Virus record (IMG/VR): IMGVR_UViG_3300045988_104520
Direction: 5' to 3' (one strand)
Source of the DNA: a virus
DNA length: 64,000 bases
This document shows, piece after piece, positions 8,526 to 17,668 of this stretch. A program made the translations under genes and the position numbers. The notes beneath the pieces are model-generated. The model ran no database searches. It was not told the origin of the DNA and worked only from the letters and a program-made list of their open reading frames with translations. The first letter of the stretch is position 1. Each line of letters starts with the position of its first letter.

Positions 8526-8890
8526 TATTGAAGGAAGATATATACAGGTCAATCAAGAACCGTGTAACACCCATGTAGATTGGGAACAACGTAGATACGA
8601 GATAGCAAAAACCATACTTCCTATCACATCCGTATCAGGACGTGGACCTCACGGTGAATTAATATTGGAAGCGTGTGATAAGGCGGCTGAATTAGCTGTA
8701 ATATATGCGGATGCTTTAATTAAAGAACTGAAATGAAATCAACAGTATATGTTCATCTTGAGAATGATTATAGATTTTATAGACTTCCTCTATTTAGAGC
8801 TACGGCTGTAAAATACGGATGGGATAATCCTATAGGGGAAGACAGCGGGAGAGAAAGAAAATATGATTCACAGTATTAAATGGGTATATC

Positions 8891-9745
8891 ATGAGCACAA
8901 GTAAAGAATGCAAGGCAGTAAGGAACTGTATATTAAATGAACTTCACCTTACCAAAGAAGATATAATCAAAAACATAGAGCCGTTATTGGAGAAACACGT
9001 AAAACGGTACATGGTTAATACATATGGAGGTGACAACCAGATAGAAAACTGGATCAGATGCATGGTGAATGATGAACTCAAACGAAGAGATCATGATTTT
9101 GTAAGAAAAGCGTGCGAGAGCGTCATCAGGGATCATGTATTAAATGAGTTGAATATAATCGTAAGATCCAAAAGTGAGAAATGTACATGTGAAAACAGAG
9201 TACCATCCGAAGAGGATAAGAAAGAGTCAACTGACGGACTGTATATAATCTACAAAGACGGACATGCAGAGCCGTTTACCGGCGATAACTCCAAAGATTG
9301 TGTACGATACATTGGGTTGAAGCACAGATACATGTCATTTGCAATCTCACTGACGGAGCATGATATCGTACAATTGCTTGACGATGATAGCCGTGAAGAA
9401 TCCGGAAGTGGGACATATTATGAACGTGAATGTGATGCGCTGTTTGACATTGACGGACGCGGCAATACGGAACGCCTTGTAGCCAGAAATCCAAAATTGA
9501 GAAATCTGCTGGAAGATGGCGAGTATATACCATCTCTTGGTCAATTAAATTTAATGGCCCATTATATGAACGAACTAAACAAAGCATTCGCTTATGTTTC
9601 GGCATCTCCCCTCTCCTCGACGTGGTATTGGTCCAGCACTGAGAGCAGCCAGGCCGTCGCGTGGTACGTGGTCTTCTCCAGTGGCCTCACGGGCACCGGC
9701 AACAAGCTCGTCGGAGACATGGTTCGGACGGTAATTGATTTTTAA
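8891..9745 (+). CDS. Hypothetical protein with DUF1566 / Fib_succ_major-like C-terminal motif (WYWSSTESS...AWYVVFSSG)
   Basis: The C-terminal ~50 aa resemble the YWSSTE signature of the DUF1566 (Lcl C-terminal / Fibrobacter paralogous) domain family. That segment is locally GC-rich. Confidence 0.5.
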   Translation: MSTSKECKAVRNCILNELHLTKEDIIKNIEPLLEKHVKRYMVNTYGGDNQIENWIRCMVNDELKRRDHDFVRKACESVIRDHVLNELNIIVRSKSEKCTCENRVPSEEDKKESTDGLYIIYKDGHAEPFTGDNSKDCVRYIGLKHRYMSFAISLTEHDIVQLLDDDSREESGSGTYYERECDALFDIDGRGNTERLVARNPKLRNLLEDGEYIPSLGQLNLMAHYMNELNKAFAYVSASPLSSTWYWSSTESSQAVAWYVVFSSGLTGTGNKLVGDMVRTVIDF

Positions 9746-9756
9746 AAAGGATTACA

Positions 9757-10554
9757 ATGATAACATCAGTAAAAATAAAAGACAATACAAAAACTCCTTT
9801 TGAATATGCTTCTGACATAGAAGCGTTTGAAAATAGTAGAGAATTTATTTTCAAGCCAGGAGTGAATGTAATTATAGGTAAAAACGGTAGTGGAAAATCA
9901 ACTTTGCTTAACATCATATCAATGTATGCGTTATGTGAGAAATCCATGTGCTCTGAAATACTGATCGAGGCACTGGATTTTCCACCTATATTTGATGATG
10001 ATGACAAGGTTCTTGATGGGATTGACATATCATCCGATTATGCAGGGAAAGTATTCCGTTTATTGCCATTGGCGGAGATGAATCGAGATAGCGTATTGAA
10101 AAACATCAGCAACTTAGATTTGTATGTGAATAATATTCGAAGATCTTATGGAGAGAAAGTGGTGTTATCATTGGAATCACTTTTCAATTTAATGTTCGGT
10201 CAAAAGGATTATACATTTCCAATACAAGATCTTGTAGAATACAAGAAAAAATCAAATGCGTTTTGGATTAAAAGAATTGATAACCTGTTGAAGTATTATG
10301 AAAAAAATCGCATAACATTAACAAAAAGCAGTTTTGAGTACACGGTTCTCATGGATGAGCCAGACAGAAATCTTGACATTGACAACATAATGCAAATTTA
10401 TAATGTATTGTCATTCCATAAACCACAAACACAAATTATAGCCATAGTACACAATCCGGCGTTGATTTACAAGTTAAGCAAATTAGATTGTGTGAATTTC
10501 ATAGAGATGACAGAAGGGTATCTTAATAAAACTTGTACATTTGTGTCTAATTGA
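9757..10554 (+). CDS. Standalone ABC-type ATPase (nucleotide-binding-domain-like, 265 aa)
   Basis: Walker A GKNGSGKSTLLNII; signature-like SYGEKVVLSL; Walker B/D-loop VLMDEPDRNLD; H-loop IVHNP. Confidence 0.8.
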   Translation: MITSVKIKDNTKTPFEYASDIEAFENSREFIFKPGVNVIIGKNGSGKSTLLNIISMYALCEKSMCSEILIEALDFPPIFDDDDKVLDGIDISSDYAGKVFRLLPLAEMNRDSVLKNISNLDLYVNNIRRSYGEKVVLSLESLFNLMFGQKDYTFPIQDLVEYKKKSNAFWIKRIDNLLKYYEKNRITLTKSSFEYTVLMDEPDRNLDIDNIMQIYNVLSFHKPQTQIIAIVHNPALIYKLSKLDCVNFIEMTEGYLNKTCTFVSN

Positions 10555-10625
10555 TCAAGGCATTTATATGCCATTTTAACACATTTTTTATAAATCAATT
10601 AATTATTCATTTTTAAGTCACAGTC

Positions 10626-10772
10626 ATGAAAACATTAAAAGAAAAAGACAAACAATCTTTTTTAGCAAGAAAAGAAGAAGTTTATTCCTTAATAATGGAA
10701 ATGGGATCATTATTGGCAGATTATGATCATCAATGGTCTAATGAGCTAAGAAGAAAATTTGAAAGGTTATGA
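10626..10772 (+). CDS. Possible 48-aa protein (MKTLKEKDKQSF...)
   Basis: ATG at 10626; its TGA overlaps the ATG of the next gene (ATGA coupling); below the track cutoff. Confidence 0.35.
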   Translation: MKTLKEKDKQSFLARKEEVYSLIMEMGSLLADYDHQWSNELRRKFERL

Positions 10773-10972
10773 CCGACAGAGAGCTTCTTGAAGAAAACAA
10801 TAAGATGTTAAAGGAAATTCTAAGTTTTGTGAGAAAAGTTGATTCTGCTGAATACAGGGATCATCAAGACTTTATGGAATTTCTTAGAAATGTGGCAGCC
10901 GATATATGGGTGGAATATACGGAGCCTGAACAAAGAAGTAAGTTGTTTAATCTAATAAATAAAGAAAAATGA
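10769..10972 (+). CDS. Hypothetical protein
   Basis: ORF. Confidence 0.5.
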   Translation: MTDRELLEENNKMLKEILSFVRKVDSAEYRDHQDFMEFLRNVAADIWVEYTEPEQRSKLFNLINKEK

Positions 10973-11643
10973 AAACAATTTTTGATTTAAGCAGAGATGA
11001 GATTGTGGAATTGACAGACGAAGACATAAGTCTGTATATAGACAAAGAGCTTGCTAATAAAGGTATTCCAATTGAAGCTAAAAACTGGAATATAAAGAAC
11101 AAAAAAGAAATCTCGTACCCCAAAACAGGAGTTCCATTATTTGTATTAAAAGATATCGGCATCGGTTTTAGAACCATAGAAGGTGCAACTGAGGTGGCTA
11201 ATTTGCTTGTCAAGTATAATGCATTTAAAACAGAATCGAGATATCTGGCAGGATCGTATGAACAGTTTTGGATCATGAAGGAGAGTGTTTGCCCGGCTGT
11301 TAAAGGAGAAACAGGATATAGCGAGGAAGAGTTTGATAAGATAGATGAGAAAAATAAAAACCCTGAATTGACAGGTATAAATACCTTCAATGACACCGTG
11401 AAAAAAGCCAATGAAATCAAAGATAGGGTATTGAAATACGTGTACAATATAAAACAAGAGCGTTCATATAACAATGACATGGTTGGCATCTTTGAGAGGT
11501 ATAAGGATATAGCAGATGGCGACATGGAGGTGGCTATGAATTTTATCAAGGAGGCCTATCCATTCAATGAAGAAACAGAGGTGTTTATCAGAAAAAAGTT
11601 CGACATGTTTATACCAGTTCCTATACCTGACGAATTAAAATAG
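10969..11643 (+). CDS. Hypothetical protein (224 aa)
   Basis: ATGA overlap; intact ORF. Confidence 0.55.
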   Translation: MKTIFDLSRDEIVELTDEDISLYIDKELANKGIPIEAKNWNIKNKKEISYPKTGVPLFVLKDIGIGFRTIEGATEVANLLVKYNAFKTESRYLAGSYEQFWIMKESVCPAVKGETGYSEEEFDKIDEKNKNPELTGINTFNDTVKKANEIKDRVLKYVYNIKQERSYNNDMVGIFERYKDIADGDMEVAMNFIKEAYPFNEETEVFIRKKFDMFIPVPIPDELK

Positions 11644-11667
11644 CAGCAATTAAGCTAAATTAAATCA

Positions 11668-11704
11668 TTTTGAATCTTTTTTATTATCGAAAGACATATC
11701 TTTG
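11668..11704 (+). promoter_or_regulatory. Bacteroides-type promoter candidate (-7 box TATCTTTG at 11697-11704; upstream TTTG at 11668-11671)
   Basis: TAnnTTTG match read directly, ~19 nt upstream of the ATG at 11724. The spacing to the upstream TTTG is longer than canonical. Confidence 0.35.
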
Positions 11705-11723
11705 TCCAAAAAAAACAAACATA

Positions 11724-11978
11724 ATGGAAGAAAAAGAGATAAAAGAAGCTATGATTGAAGCCCTGACGCACTTAGAGGGGTGTAAGTATTTCGTGGCTAC
11801 GATAGTAAATGAAGAGGAAAGAAGATTTGATATGAGCCAACGAATGTCACAGCATCAATTGGCGTTAGTTATAAAAGGTATCTTATCTAATAATGAGATG
11901 ATGATGATGGACGTTTTGCAGTGGTGTTCTGAAAGATTTAAAAACAGTATAGAGAAAGGAAAGAAATCAACTAATTAA
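11724..11978 (+). CDS. Hypothetical protein
   Basis: The track ORF begins at 11670 with a non-Met-like extension. The internal ATG at 11724 sits just downstream of the TATCTTTG box and is preferred. Confidence 0.5.
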   Translation: MEEKEIKEAMIEALTHLEGCKYFVATIVNEEERRFDMSQRMSQHQLALVIKGILSNNEMMMMDVLQWCSERFKNSIEKGKKSTN

Positions 11979-11989
11979 ATATTAATACA

Positions 11990-12460
11990 ATGAATCGCTG
12001 GTTTGAAATTACGGTAAAAGCCGAGATTGATAATATCGAGAACGGCAAAAAAAAGAAAGTAACTGAAAAGTATTTGGTGGATGCCTTGTCTTACACAGAG
12101 GCAGAATCAAGATCGTTGGAGATCTTCAAGGATTTGTACAATTCTTTCGAGGTTGTAAAAATTAATCCTATTAAAGTGTCGGAAATCTTCTTCAACGGAG
12201 AAGCTGAGTACTGGTATAAGTGTAAGGTGAATTACATTACACTGGATGAAAAGAAAGGTAAAGAAAAGAAAACGCCATGCTATATGTATGTCCAGGCCGG
12301 CAATCCGAAAGACGCTGAGGCTGTGTTAACTAAAGGTATGCAGGGCACGTTAGGAGACTGGAATTGCGAAGCTATTGCTGAAACGAAGATCATTGATGTA
12401 TTCAAATACGATCTTCAGAAGGGAGCTGAAAAATTAGGCGAGAAGAAGAGTGAAGAGTAA
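11990..12460 (+). CDS. Hypothetical protein
   Basis: ORF. Confidence 0.55.
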   Translation: MNRWFEITVKAEIDNIENGKKKKVTEKYLVDALSYTEAESRSLEIFKDLYNSFEVVKINPIKVSEIFFNGEAEYWYKCKVNYITLDEKKGKEKKTPCYMYVQAGNPKDAEAVLTKGMQGTLGDWNCEAIAETKIIDVFKYDLQKGAEKLGEKKSEE

Positions 12461-12689
12461 GGCTGATGTAGTTTCCAACATAGCGCTTGTTGTGGCGATA
12501 ATATCATTGCTTTCAGCAGGCGCTTTCCTTTTGATAGTGATTAAGACAGACGAGGTATCTAAATTATTAATGAACGTACCTTATCTACTGGCTTCAGCGG
12601 GATTGTTCTTTTCAATAATATCATTATTATTCGAATGGAAAGCAAGGAAAAGAAGCTATACGTCTGCGAACGATGCGGACGAAAAGTGA
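12450..12689 (+). CDS. Small two-TM membrane protein with charged C-tail (holin-like topology)
   Basis: IALVVAIISLLSAGAFLLIVI and LLASAGLFFSIISLLF hydrophobic helices; KARKRSYTSANDADEK tail. Confidence 0.5.
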   Translation: MKSKADVVSNIALVVAIISLLSAGAFLLIVIKTDEVSKLLMNVPYLLASAGLFFSIISLLFEWKARKRSYTSANDADEK

Positions 12690-13159
12690 TGATAAGAAGT
12701 CATGGCTTATGCCAGGCTTGTAGGAGCAAAGAGTTGACTCCGAAGAAAAAAAACAGAATTACATCCATTAAAAACAGCAGCAAGAAGAAAAAGTTAGAGA
12801 ACCCGGATTTATCTGGGTTTTTTCGTCTTATGTTGGAGGAGTTGGGTAGCATTCGAATGTCTATGACTGGTAAGGCTATTCATTTTCCTACAGTATGTAA
12901 CGTCTGTCACATACTTCCAAAAAGGATATATAAGTCGGTTGCCACTTGCAGAGATAATATAGTTTTTCTACATGAATCGGAGCATACGGTATTCGACATG
13001 TATCTTGACCGGATGGAATTTGATAAACTTGAAACAGAATTTCCTTTTGTATGGAAGTATGCGGTAAAGAAGGTGCTGGATATGGAAAGCAGGGGGATGA
13101 TTAAAGAAAGAGGTAGATTAATTATTGAAATAATTGACAGATATGAGAAAGCTTTATAA
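12635..13159 (+). CDS. HNH endonuclease-like protein
   Basis: CERCG...CQAC zinc knuckle; CHILPK...RDNIVFLHESEH fits the H-N-H pattern. Confidence 0.55.
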   Translation: MESKEKKLYVCERCGRKVMIRSHGLCQACRSKELTPKKKNRITSIKNSSKKKKLENPDLSGFFRLMLEELGSIRMSMTGKAIHFPTVCNVCHILPKRIYKSVATCRDNIVFLHESEHTVFDMYLDRMEFDKLETEFPFVWKYAVKKVLDMESRGMIKERGRLIIEIIDRYEKAL

Positions 13160-13319
13160 AATAAGAATAGAAGCTGACAATGAAACTATCTTTTATGCTC
13201 ACATACAAAGAGAGAGTTATGGCAAGGATATAGCTATCGCAGTGAAAGATAGAGATAAAGATGAAGTGGAAACAGTGTTACATTGTATTAAAGAAGAATT
13301 GATTAGAGGAAGATCATGA
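13134..13319 (+). CDS. Hypothetical protein
   Basis: Short ORF in the tiling. Confidence 0.4.
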   Translation: MTDMRKLYKIRIEADNETIFYAHIQRESYGKDIAIAVKDRDKDEVETVLHCIKEELIRGRS

Positions 13320-14632
13320 AAGAGAAGATAAAAATATTGACAGATTTAGGGTTTGCGCCTATGGTAGAAGGAGAAGGAAATACGTTGTTTAGAATGAACG
13401 ATGTTGTGATGTCGGTGTCAGATCCTAACCAAACACCAGAGCAGTTGAAGAAGGAGGTTATGTCTTTAATAAAGAACAGAGACATAGCAGAAAAAGGTGG
13501 ACAGGTTCCAGTAGTTGAAGAGCCGGCGCCTGAGCCAGAGCAGGCCCAGAAGGAGGAACCGGAAGCTCAGGCGGAGGAAGCCGCTCCTAACCCTGAAGAA
13601 GAAGATTCGAATCCGTTTATAGAAAATCAGGAAACATTAGAGCCATTTTATATCTGCGATGAGTTGAAGAAGATTGAGACTCCTAAATTCGTAAGATTGA
13701 CATTAGACGATAATCGTTTTTATGTAAGGAAGATGGATGATGGGACGGCCAAGATATATGCTTCGGTAACAACTTTAATCAAAGATGGGTATGTAGATGA
13801 TAAGACCGCACTTCAGGAATGGAAGCAAGAGATGAAGATGCTTGGTCGCAATCCGGAAGAGGTGGCACAGTATGAAGCTGATAAGGGAACGATCATGCAC
13901 TACTTATACGGATTGTACCTAACAGGTAGAGATATGGTCTTAAATCGAAGTTTTATAGTTAAGACAGTGCAAGAAGGTAAGCTGAAGATATCTAAGAAAA
14001 ATCTTGATCGGTTCTTTAACAGTATTGATGATCTTGATGATATGATTGTCAGAATTATGAGGTTTGCCAAATTTTGTTCGGAGTATAAGGTTAAGCCGAT
14101 GATGATTGAAAGAATATTGTCATTAGAAGACTATTTGGTAGCTACGCCGATAGATGCGATGGTTAAAATGACATTCAAGTACAAAGAAGAAGGTTATTTT
14201 GGAGCCGTGTATCAAAGGGCCACAGGGCAGTTCAAAAAAGGTGATCCGAAGAAGGAGGTAAGAGACGTGGAGAAGGAAGAAGTGGTTATTCTCGACTTTA
14301 AATCAGGGGGAATATGGGAATCATATGCATTTCAATTAGAAGCTGAAAGAAGAATGGTTAAAGCATGGTATGGGATTGATGCACGTATTATGAACTTTTC
14401 TCCAAAAAGCACGAGCAGCAAAGGATATACGCTGAAAGAATGGACAGAAGACAGTATAGCACTTGAAAAGGCGGACTGCGTGTTCCAACAAGGTATGTTG
14501 AATCACCTTAGAAAAGATAAGAAGTTCAAAGTGAGAAAAGGAGTGCTGAATATCAATAAGCCGTACAATGAAGAGGATCATACGGTCGTGTATGATATTG
14601 CAGAGGAAATGTCTAAAAGATTCATAATATGA
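13316..14632 (+). CDS. PD-(D/E)XK (RecB/Cas4-family-like) nuclease with acidic Pro/Glu-rich N-terminal linker
   Basis: Motif II-like TPIDAMV and motif III VVILDFKSGG (compare IVDYKTG); QxxxY-like FQLEAE; EEPAPEPEQAQKEEPEAQAEE low-complexity segment. Confidence 0.6.
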   Translation: MKEKIKILTDLGFAPMVEGEGNTLFRMNDVVMSVSDPNQTPEQLKKEVMSLIKNRDIAEKGGQVPVVEEPAPEPEQAQKEEPEAQAEEAAPNPEEEDSNPFIENQETLEPFYICDELKKIETPKFVRLTLDDNRFYVRKMDDGTAKIYASVTTLIKDGYVDDKTALQEWKQEMKMLGRNPEEVAQYEADKGTIMHYLYGLYLTGRDMVLNRSFIVKTVQEGKLKISKKNLDRFFNSIDDLDDMIVRIMRFAKFCSEYKVKPMMIERILSLEDYLVATPIDAMVKMTFKYKEEGYFGAVYQRATGQFKKGDPKKEVRDVEKEEVVILDFKSGGIWESYAFQLEAERRMVKAWYGIDARIMNFSPKSTSSKGYTLKEWTEDSIALEKADCVFQQGMLNHLRKDKKFKVRKGVLNINKPYNEEDHTVVYDIAEEMSKRFII

Positions 14633-14862
14633 ACGATATTGTTATTCCTGAAGGAGATTATATAGAAATCGTAAAACCGATATGCATCAATCCTTTTGGT
14701 GATTATTTTATTAACATCAAAAGGGGTTCAAGATTAAGATTATCGAAAGATTTGAAAATAGGAGATAAATATGCAATATGTGTACTTGCATCTCATAAGA
14801 AATATGGCAAGACCATCGAAATAATAATGCCTATATTGGTCAGAAATACAAGAAGAGTATGA
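14629..14862 (+). CDS. Hypothetical protein
   Basis: ATGA overlap. Confidence 0.5.
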   Translation: MNDIVIPEGDYIEIVKPICINPFGDYFINIKRGSRLRLSKDLKIGDKYAICVLASHKKYGKTIEIIMPILVRNTRRV

Positions 14863-15209
14863 AAAGAAAAATTAGAAGAACAGGAGAGATAATAGAAGTA
14901 ATCACTTTCAGTAGCTCAACTACAAGAAGCGACCATGACAGAATACAGTTCTATGATAATAATGGGAATGTGATAAGTGAGAGTTTAAATTTTTATCTCG
15001 ATACCCTTCCTGTAAATGACGAAAACAAAGATGTAGACTGGGAGCAACGTAGATTCGATCTTATTAAGGCTTATTCTATTGAGTTTGTTAAAGCACAAAA
15101 TAGAAAAGGTGAAATAGATTGCGGAGTATATGTACCAGATGTGGTGTCATGGTCTATAACTATAGCAGATAGAATCATAGAGGCGATGAGAGGAGTTAAA
15201 AATGCTTGA
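14859..15209 (+). CDS. Hypothetical protein
   Basis: ATGA overlap. Confidence 0.5.
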   Translation: MKRKIRRTGEIIEVITFSSSTTRSDHDRIQFYDNNGNVISESLNFYLDTLPVNDENKDVDWEQRRFDLIKAYSIEFVKAQNRKGEIDCGVYVPDVVSWSITIADRIIEAMRGVKNA

Positions 15210-16215
15210 TTTTAGAAAATACGAAAACGTACCCCGGTTTCAACTTGACCGCAGACCCGGCAGGAGCCGACTGAAGCTAACCTGCCCGGCCTGCGGGAAA
15301 GGCCGGTGCCTTACTCCTTATATTGATGTGGCAACAGGTCAGATTGTTGGAAACGAGTTCGGAAGATGCGATCATGAACGGACTTGCGGTTACGATAAAC
15401 GACCTACCGGCAAGGATGTAGGTGACAAAGATCTTTGGATTTCTGGGAATAAGTGTATAAGAGCTTATCGTCCTCCTGTAAACCCTGATGTTGTAAATTA
15501 CATACCTTTTAGCGAGTTTGAGAGGACTGTGGTTCCAGATGATAGAAATACTGTATTTAGATTTTTATCGTCTCTATGGGGAAAAGAAAGGGTATCTGAC
15601 GTATTTAGAAGATATCATGTCGGAACAATGGACTTATGGGGATGGAAAGGGTGTTGTATATTCTGGCAGATAGATAAGGACTTTGTATGTAGAACCGGCA
15701 AGATCATGGACTTTTATATAAAGACCGACAGCCAGGGGAATGAGATTGATGTAAAAAGAGTGAAAGAAAAAGACGGTGACAATGAGCGGCCTCATGTCAT
15801 GTTTTATCACTCGTTGCATGCAAGGGACTTCTTGTTTAGACAATGCCTGTTCGGAGAACATCTTCTAAGCCAGTATCCGGATAAGGTGGTTAATTTGGTG
15901 GAATCAGAAAAGACGGCTATTATATGCGCTGTGAATAAACCAGATGAGTTATTTGTCGCTACCGGTGGGTTGCAGAATCTAAGGCCGGAAGTGATAGATG
16001 TTTTAAAAGATAGAAAGACCGTAGCTTTTCCGGACAAAGGACAAGCATTTGAGACATGGAGTAAAAAGATAGATGGGATGATGATGAGATCAAGGATAAA
16101 AGTATCGGACTATCTTCAAAATGTTGAAAATGTAGGAGATGGAGATGATGTGGCAGATTTGATAATTAATAACAAGGTAAAAGAGAAATATCATGAGCCT
16201 GGATGTTTATATTAA
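15202..16215 (+). CDS. DnaG-type DNA primase (zinc-binding domain + TOPRIM)
   Basis: CPACGKGRC...CDHERTC zinc motif; TOPRIM-like VESEKTAIICAV ... VATGG ... AFPDKGQA. Confidence 0.7.
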   Translation: MLDFRKYENVPRFQLDRRPGRSRLKLTCPACGKGRCLTPYIDVATGQIVGNEFGRCDHERTCGYDKRPTGKDVGDKDLWISGNKCIRAYRPPVNPDVVNYIPFSEFERTVVPDDRNTVFRFLSSLWGKERVSDVFRRYHVGTMDLWGWKGCCIFWQIDKDFVCRTGKIMDFYIKTDSQGNEIDVKRVKEKDGDNERPHVMFYHSLHARDFLFRQCLFGEHLLSQYPDKVVNLVESEKTAIICAVNKPDELFVATGGLQNLRPEVIDVLKDRKTVAFPDKGQAFETWSKKIDGMMMRSRIKVSDYLQNVENVGDGDDVADLIINNKVKEKYHEPGCLY

Positions 16216-16543
16216 GAGTAAGAAGAAGGAAGATCGTGAATGGGTTGCAAACATCACCCATAACATGAACAAGATGGCACAAAAAATATTCGTATCAGAA
16301 AACAAAGAAACGCTGTACGATTATGTTTGGAGACCAGAAGAATTGTATAGAGAAATATATACCAATGAGATGAAGAATGTACTTACAAAAGGTATATGTA
16401 TTATGATCTCCAAGAGAAAAAGTCTTTTGAAATACGAGCCAGAAAATGGATGGGGGTCTTATGATTCATTTCTTAAGTTTCTTATCAAATACAAAGAGGC
16501 GTGTGAAGATCATCCGGGTTATATAATTGAAGCAAGTAGATAA
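16193..16543 (+). CDS. Hypothetical protein
   Basis: ORF. Confidence 0.5.
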   Translation: MSLDVYIKSKKKEDREWVANITHNMNKMAQKIFVSENKETLYDYVWRPEELYREIYTNEMKNVLTKGICIMISKRKSLLKYEPENGWGSYDSFLKFLIKYKEACEDHPGYIIEASR

Positions 16544-16805
16544 CAACATGGAAAATTATAAAAATACTTTAAATGAGGTAGTGGTGATCGAATCGTCACC
16601 AGAAACGTATTTTGTTTACGCTATTCGTAATGCTATTCGTATCTCTAAATGCGCGTATCCGACAGCCAAGAAAGTAATTTTCAAAAGAGAGGACGTAGAG
16701 GTAGAGATCTCGGAAATGGAAACTGAAAACAGTTTGTATGAAAAGTTTAAAGAAAAACAAAAGAATAGGGTATGGAACTTAATAAGCGCCAACAACGGGT
16801 TTTAA
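16527..16805 (+). CDS. Hypothetical protein
   Basis: ORF. Confidence 0.5.
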   Translation: MKQVDNNMENYKNTLNEVVVIESSPETYFVYAIRNAIRISKCAYPTAKKVIFKREDVEVEISEMETENSLYEKFKEKQKNRVWNLISANNGF

Positions 16806-17338
16806 GAGGCGAAATTTGTCCTTATTGCGGAAGAGAGACTGAGCTGGTAAATGCCGATAAAATATATAGCAGAAAAGGCTTAGGGATGGTTATGATGTGT
16901 AAACCATGCAACGCTTATGTCGGTGTTCATGAATCAGGGCCGAATAAGGGAAAAGCTAAAGGCCGGCTTGCGGGGCCATCACTGAGATCTCTTAAGATAA
17001 GAGTCCATGCCGAACTTGACAGACTATGGTCTACGCCGGAGGAACGGGAAAGGATGTATAAAGATTTATCTGAATTTCTCTCTATACCGGAAGAATACAC
17101 ACATATAGGTATGTTTGGCGAGAAGACGATGGGAAAAGTATTTCAATTCTGTCATGTAAACAAAGAGCGATCAGGTTCGAGAATAGAATGGCATAAACCT
17201 GGAGATAAGTGCCCTAATAAAAACAATCAAATAGTGTCAGGAAGTAGCGCATGTAGAGGATGTCCTGAGTATCTTCATGATGAGAAAGACGGGTATGTCT
17301 GGTGTGATCCTGATATGAGTTACGGCAGGTTGAAATAG
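16772..17338 (+). CDS. Zinc-ribbon protein (multiple CxxC)
   Basis: CPYCGRE...CKPCNAY and CRGCPEY...WCDPD. Confidence 0.55.
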   Translation: MELNKRQQRVLRGEICPYCGRETELVNADKIYSRKGLGMVMMCKPCNAYVGVHESGPNKGKAKGRLAGPSLRSLKIRVHAELDRLWSTPEERERMYKDLSEFLSIPEEYTHIGMFGEKTMGKVFQFCHVNKERSGSRIEWHKPGDKCPNKNNQIVSGSSACRGCPEYLHDEKDGYVWCDPDMSYGRLK

Positions 17339-17356
17339 GGCGAGAATTGCCTATCT

Positions 17357-17668
17357 TTGTGCTATTATCAATCAAAAAAATGTAAGAAGATGGGCAGATC
17401 AACAGAGTACTACAGGACTCATCCCGAAGCCAGGAAGAAAAAGGCTAAAAAAGACAAGGAGATAAATGCCAGACCGGAACAGAAAGCCAAACGCCGAGAG
17501 CTTGGTCGTAAAAACTACGAAACGGACAAGAAGAAGGGTAAGGGCTGGAGAAAAGGAAAGGATTGTTCTCATACCAAGAACGGTCTTAGGTATAAATCAG
17601 TAAAAGCTAATAGGGGATCCAAATCGGATACGAAAGGTGACAAAAATGCAAGAGGATCTGAAAAATAA
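17357..17668 (+). CDS. Highly basic Lys/Arg-rich protein (possible nucleic-acid-binding)
   Basis: KKKAKKDKEINARPEQKAKRRELGRKNYETDKKKGKGWRKGK. Confidence 0.45.
   Translation: MCYYQSKKCKKMGRSTEYYRTHPEARKKKAKKDKEINARPEQKAKRRELGRKNYETDKKKGKGWRKGKDCSHTKNGLRYKSVKANRGSKSDTKGDKNARGSEK

Noticed and set aside
11670-11723. Longer N-terminus for the gene ending at 11978 (track start 11670)
   Set aside because: The extension (MNLFYYRKTYLCPKKTNI) overlaps the promoter-like TATCTTTG box and an A-rich leader. The ATG at 11724 gives a conventional start.
13700-13830. Reverse-transcriptase YxDD box (DGYVDDKTA) hinting at a DGR/retron
   Set aside because: The context is hydrophilic, not the hydrophobic motif C of RTs. 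No other RT motifs, no template/variable repeat pair and no msr/msd-like structure found. The ORF is otherwise a PD-(D/E)XK nuclease.
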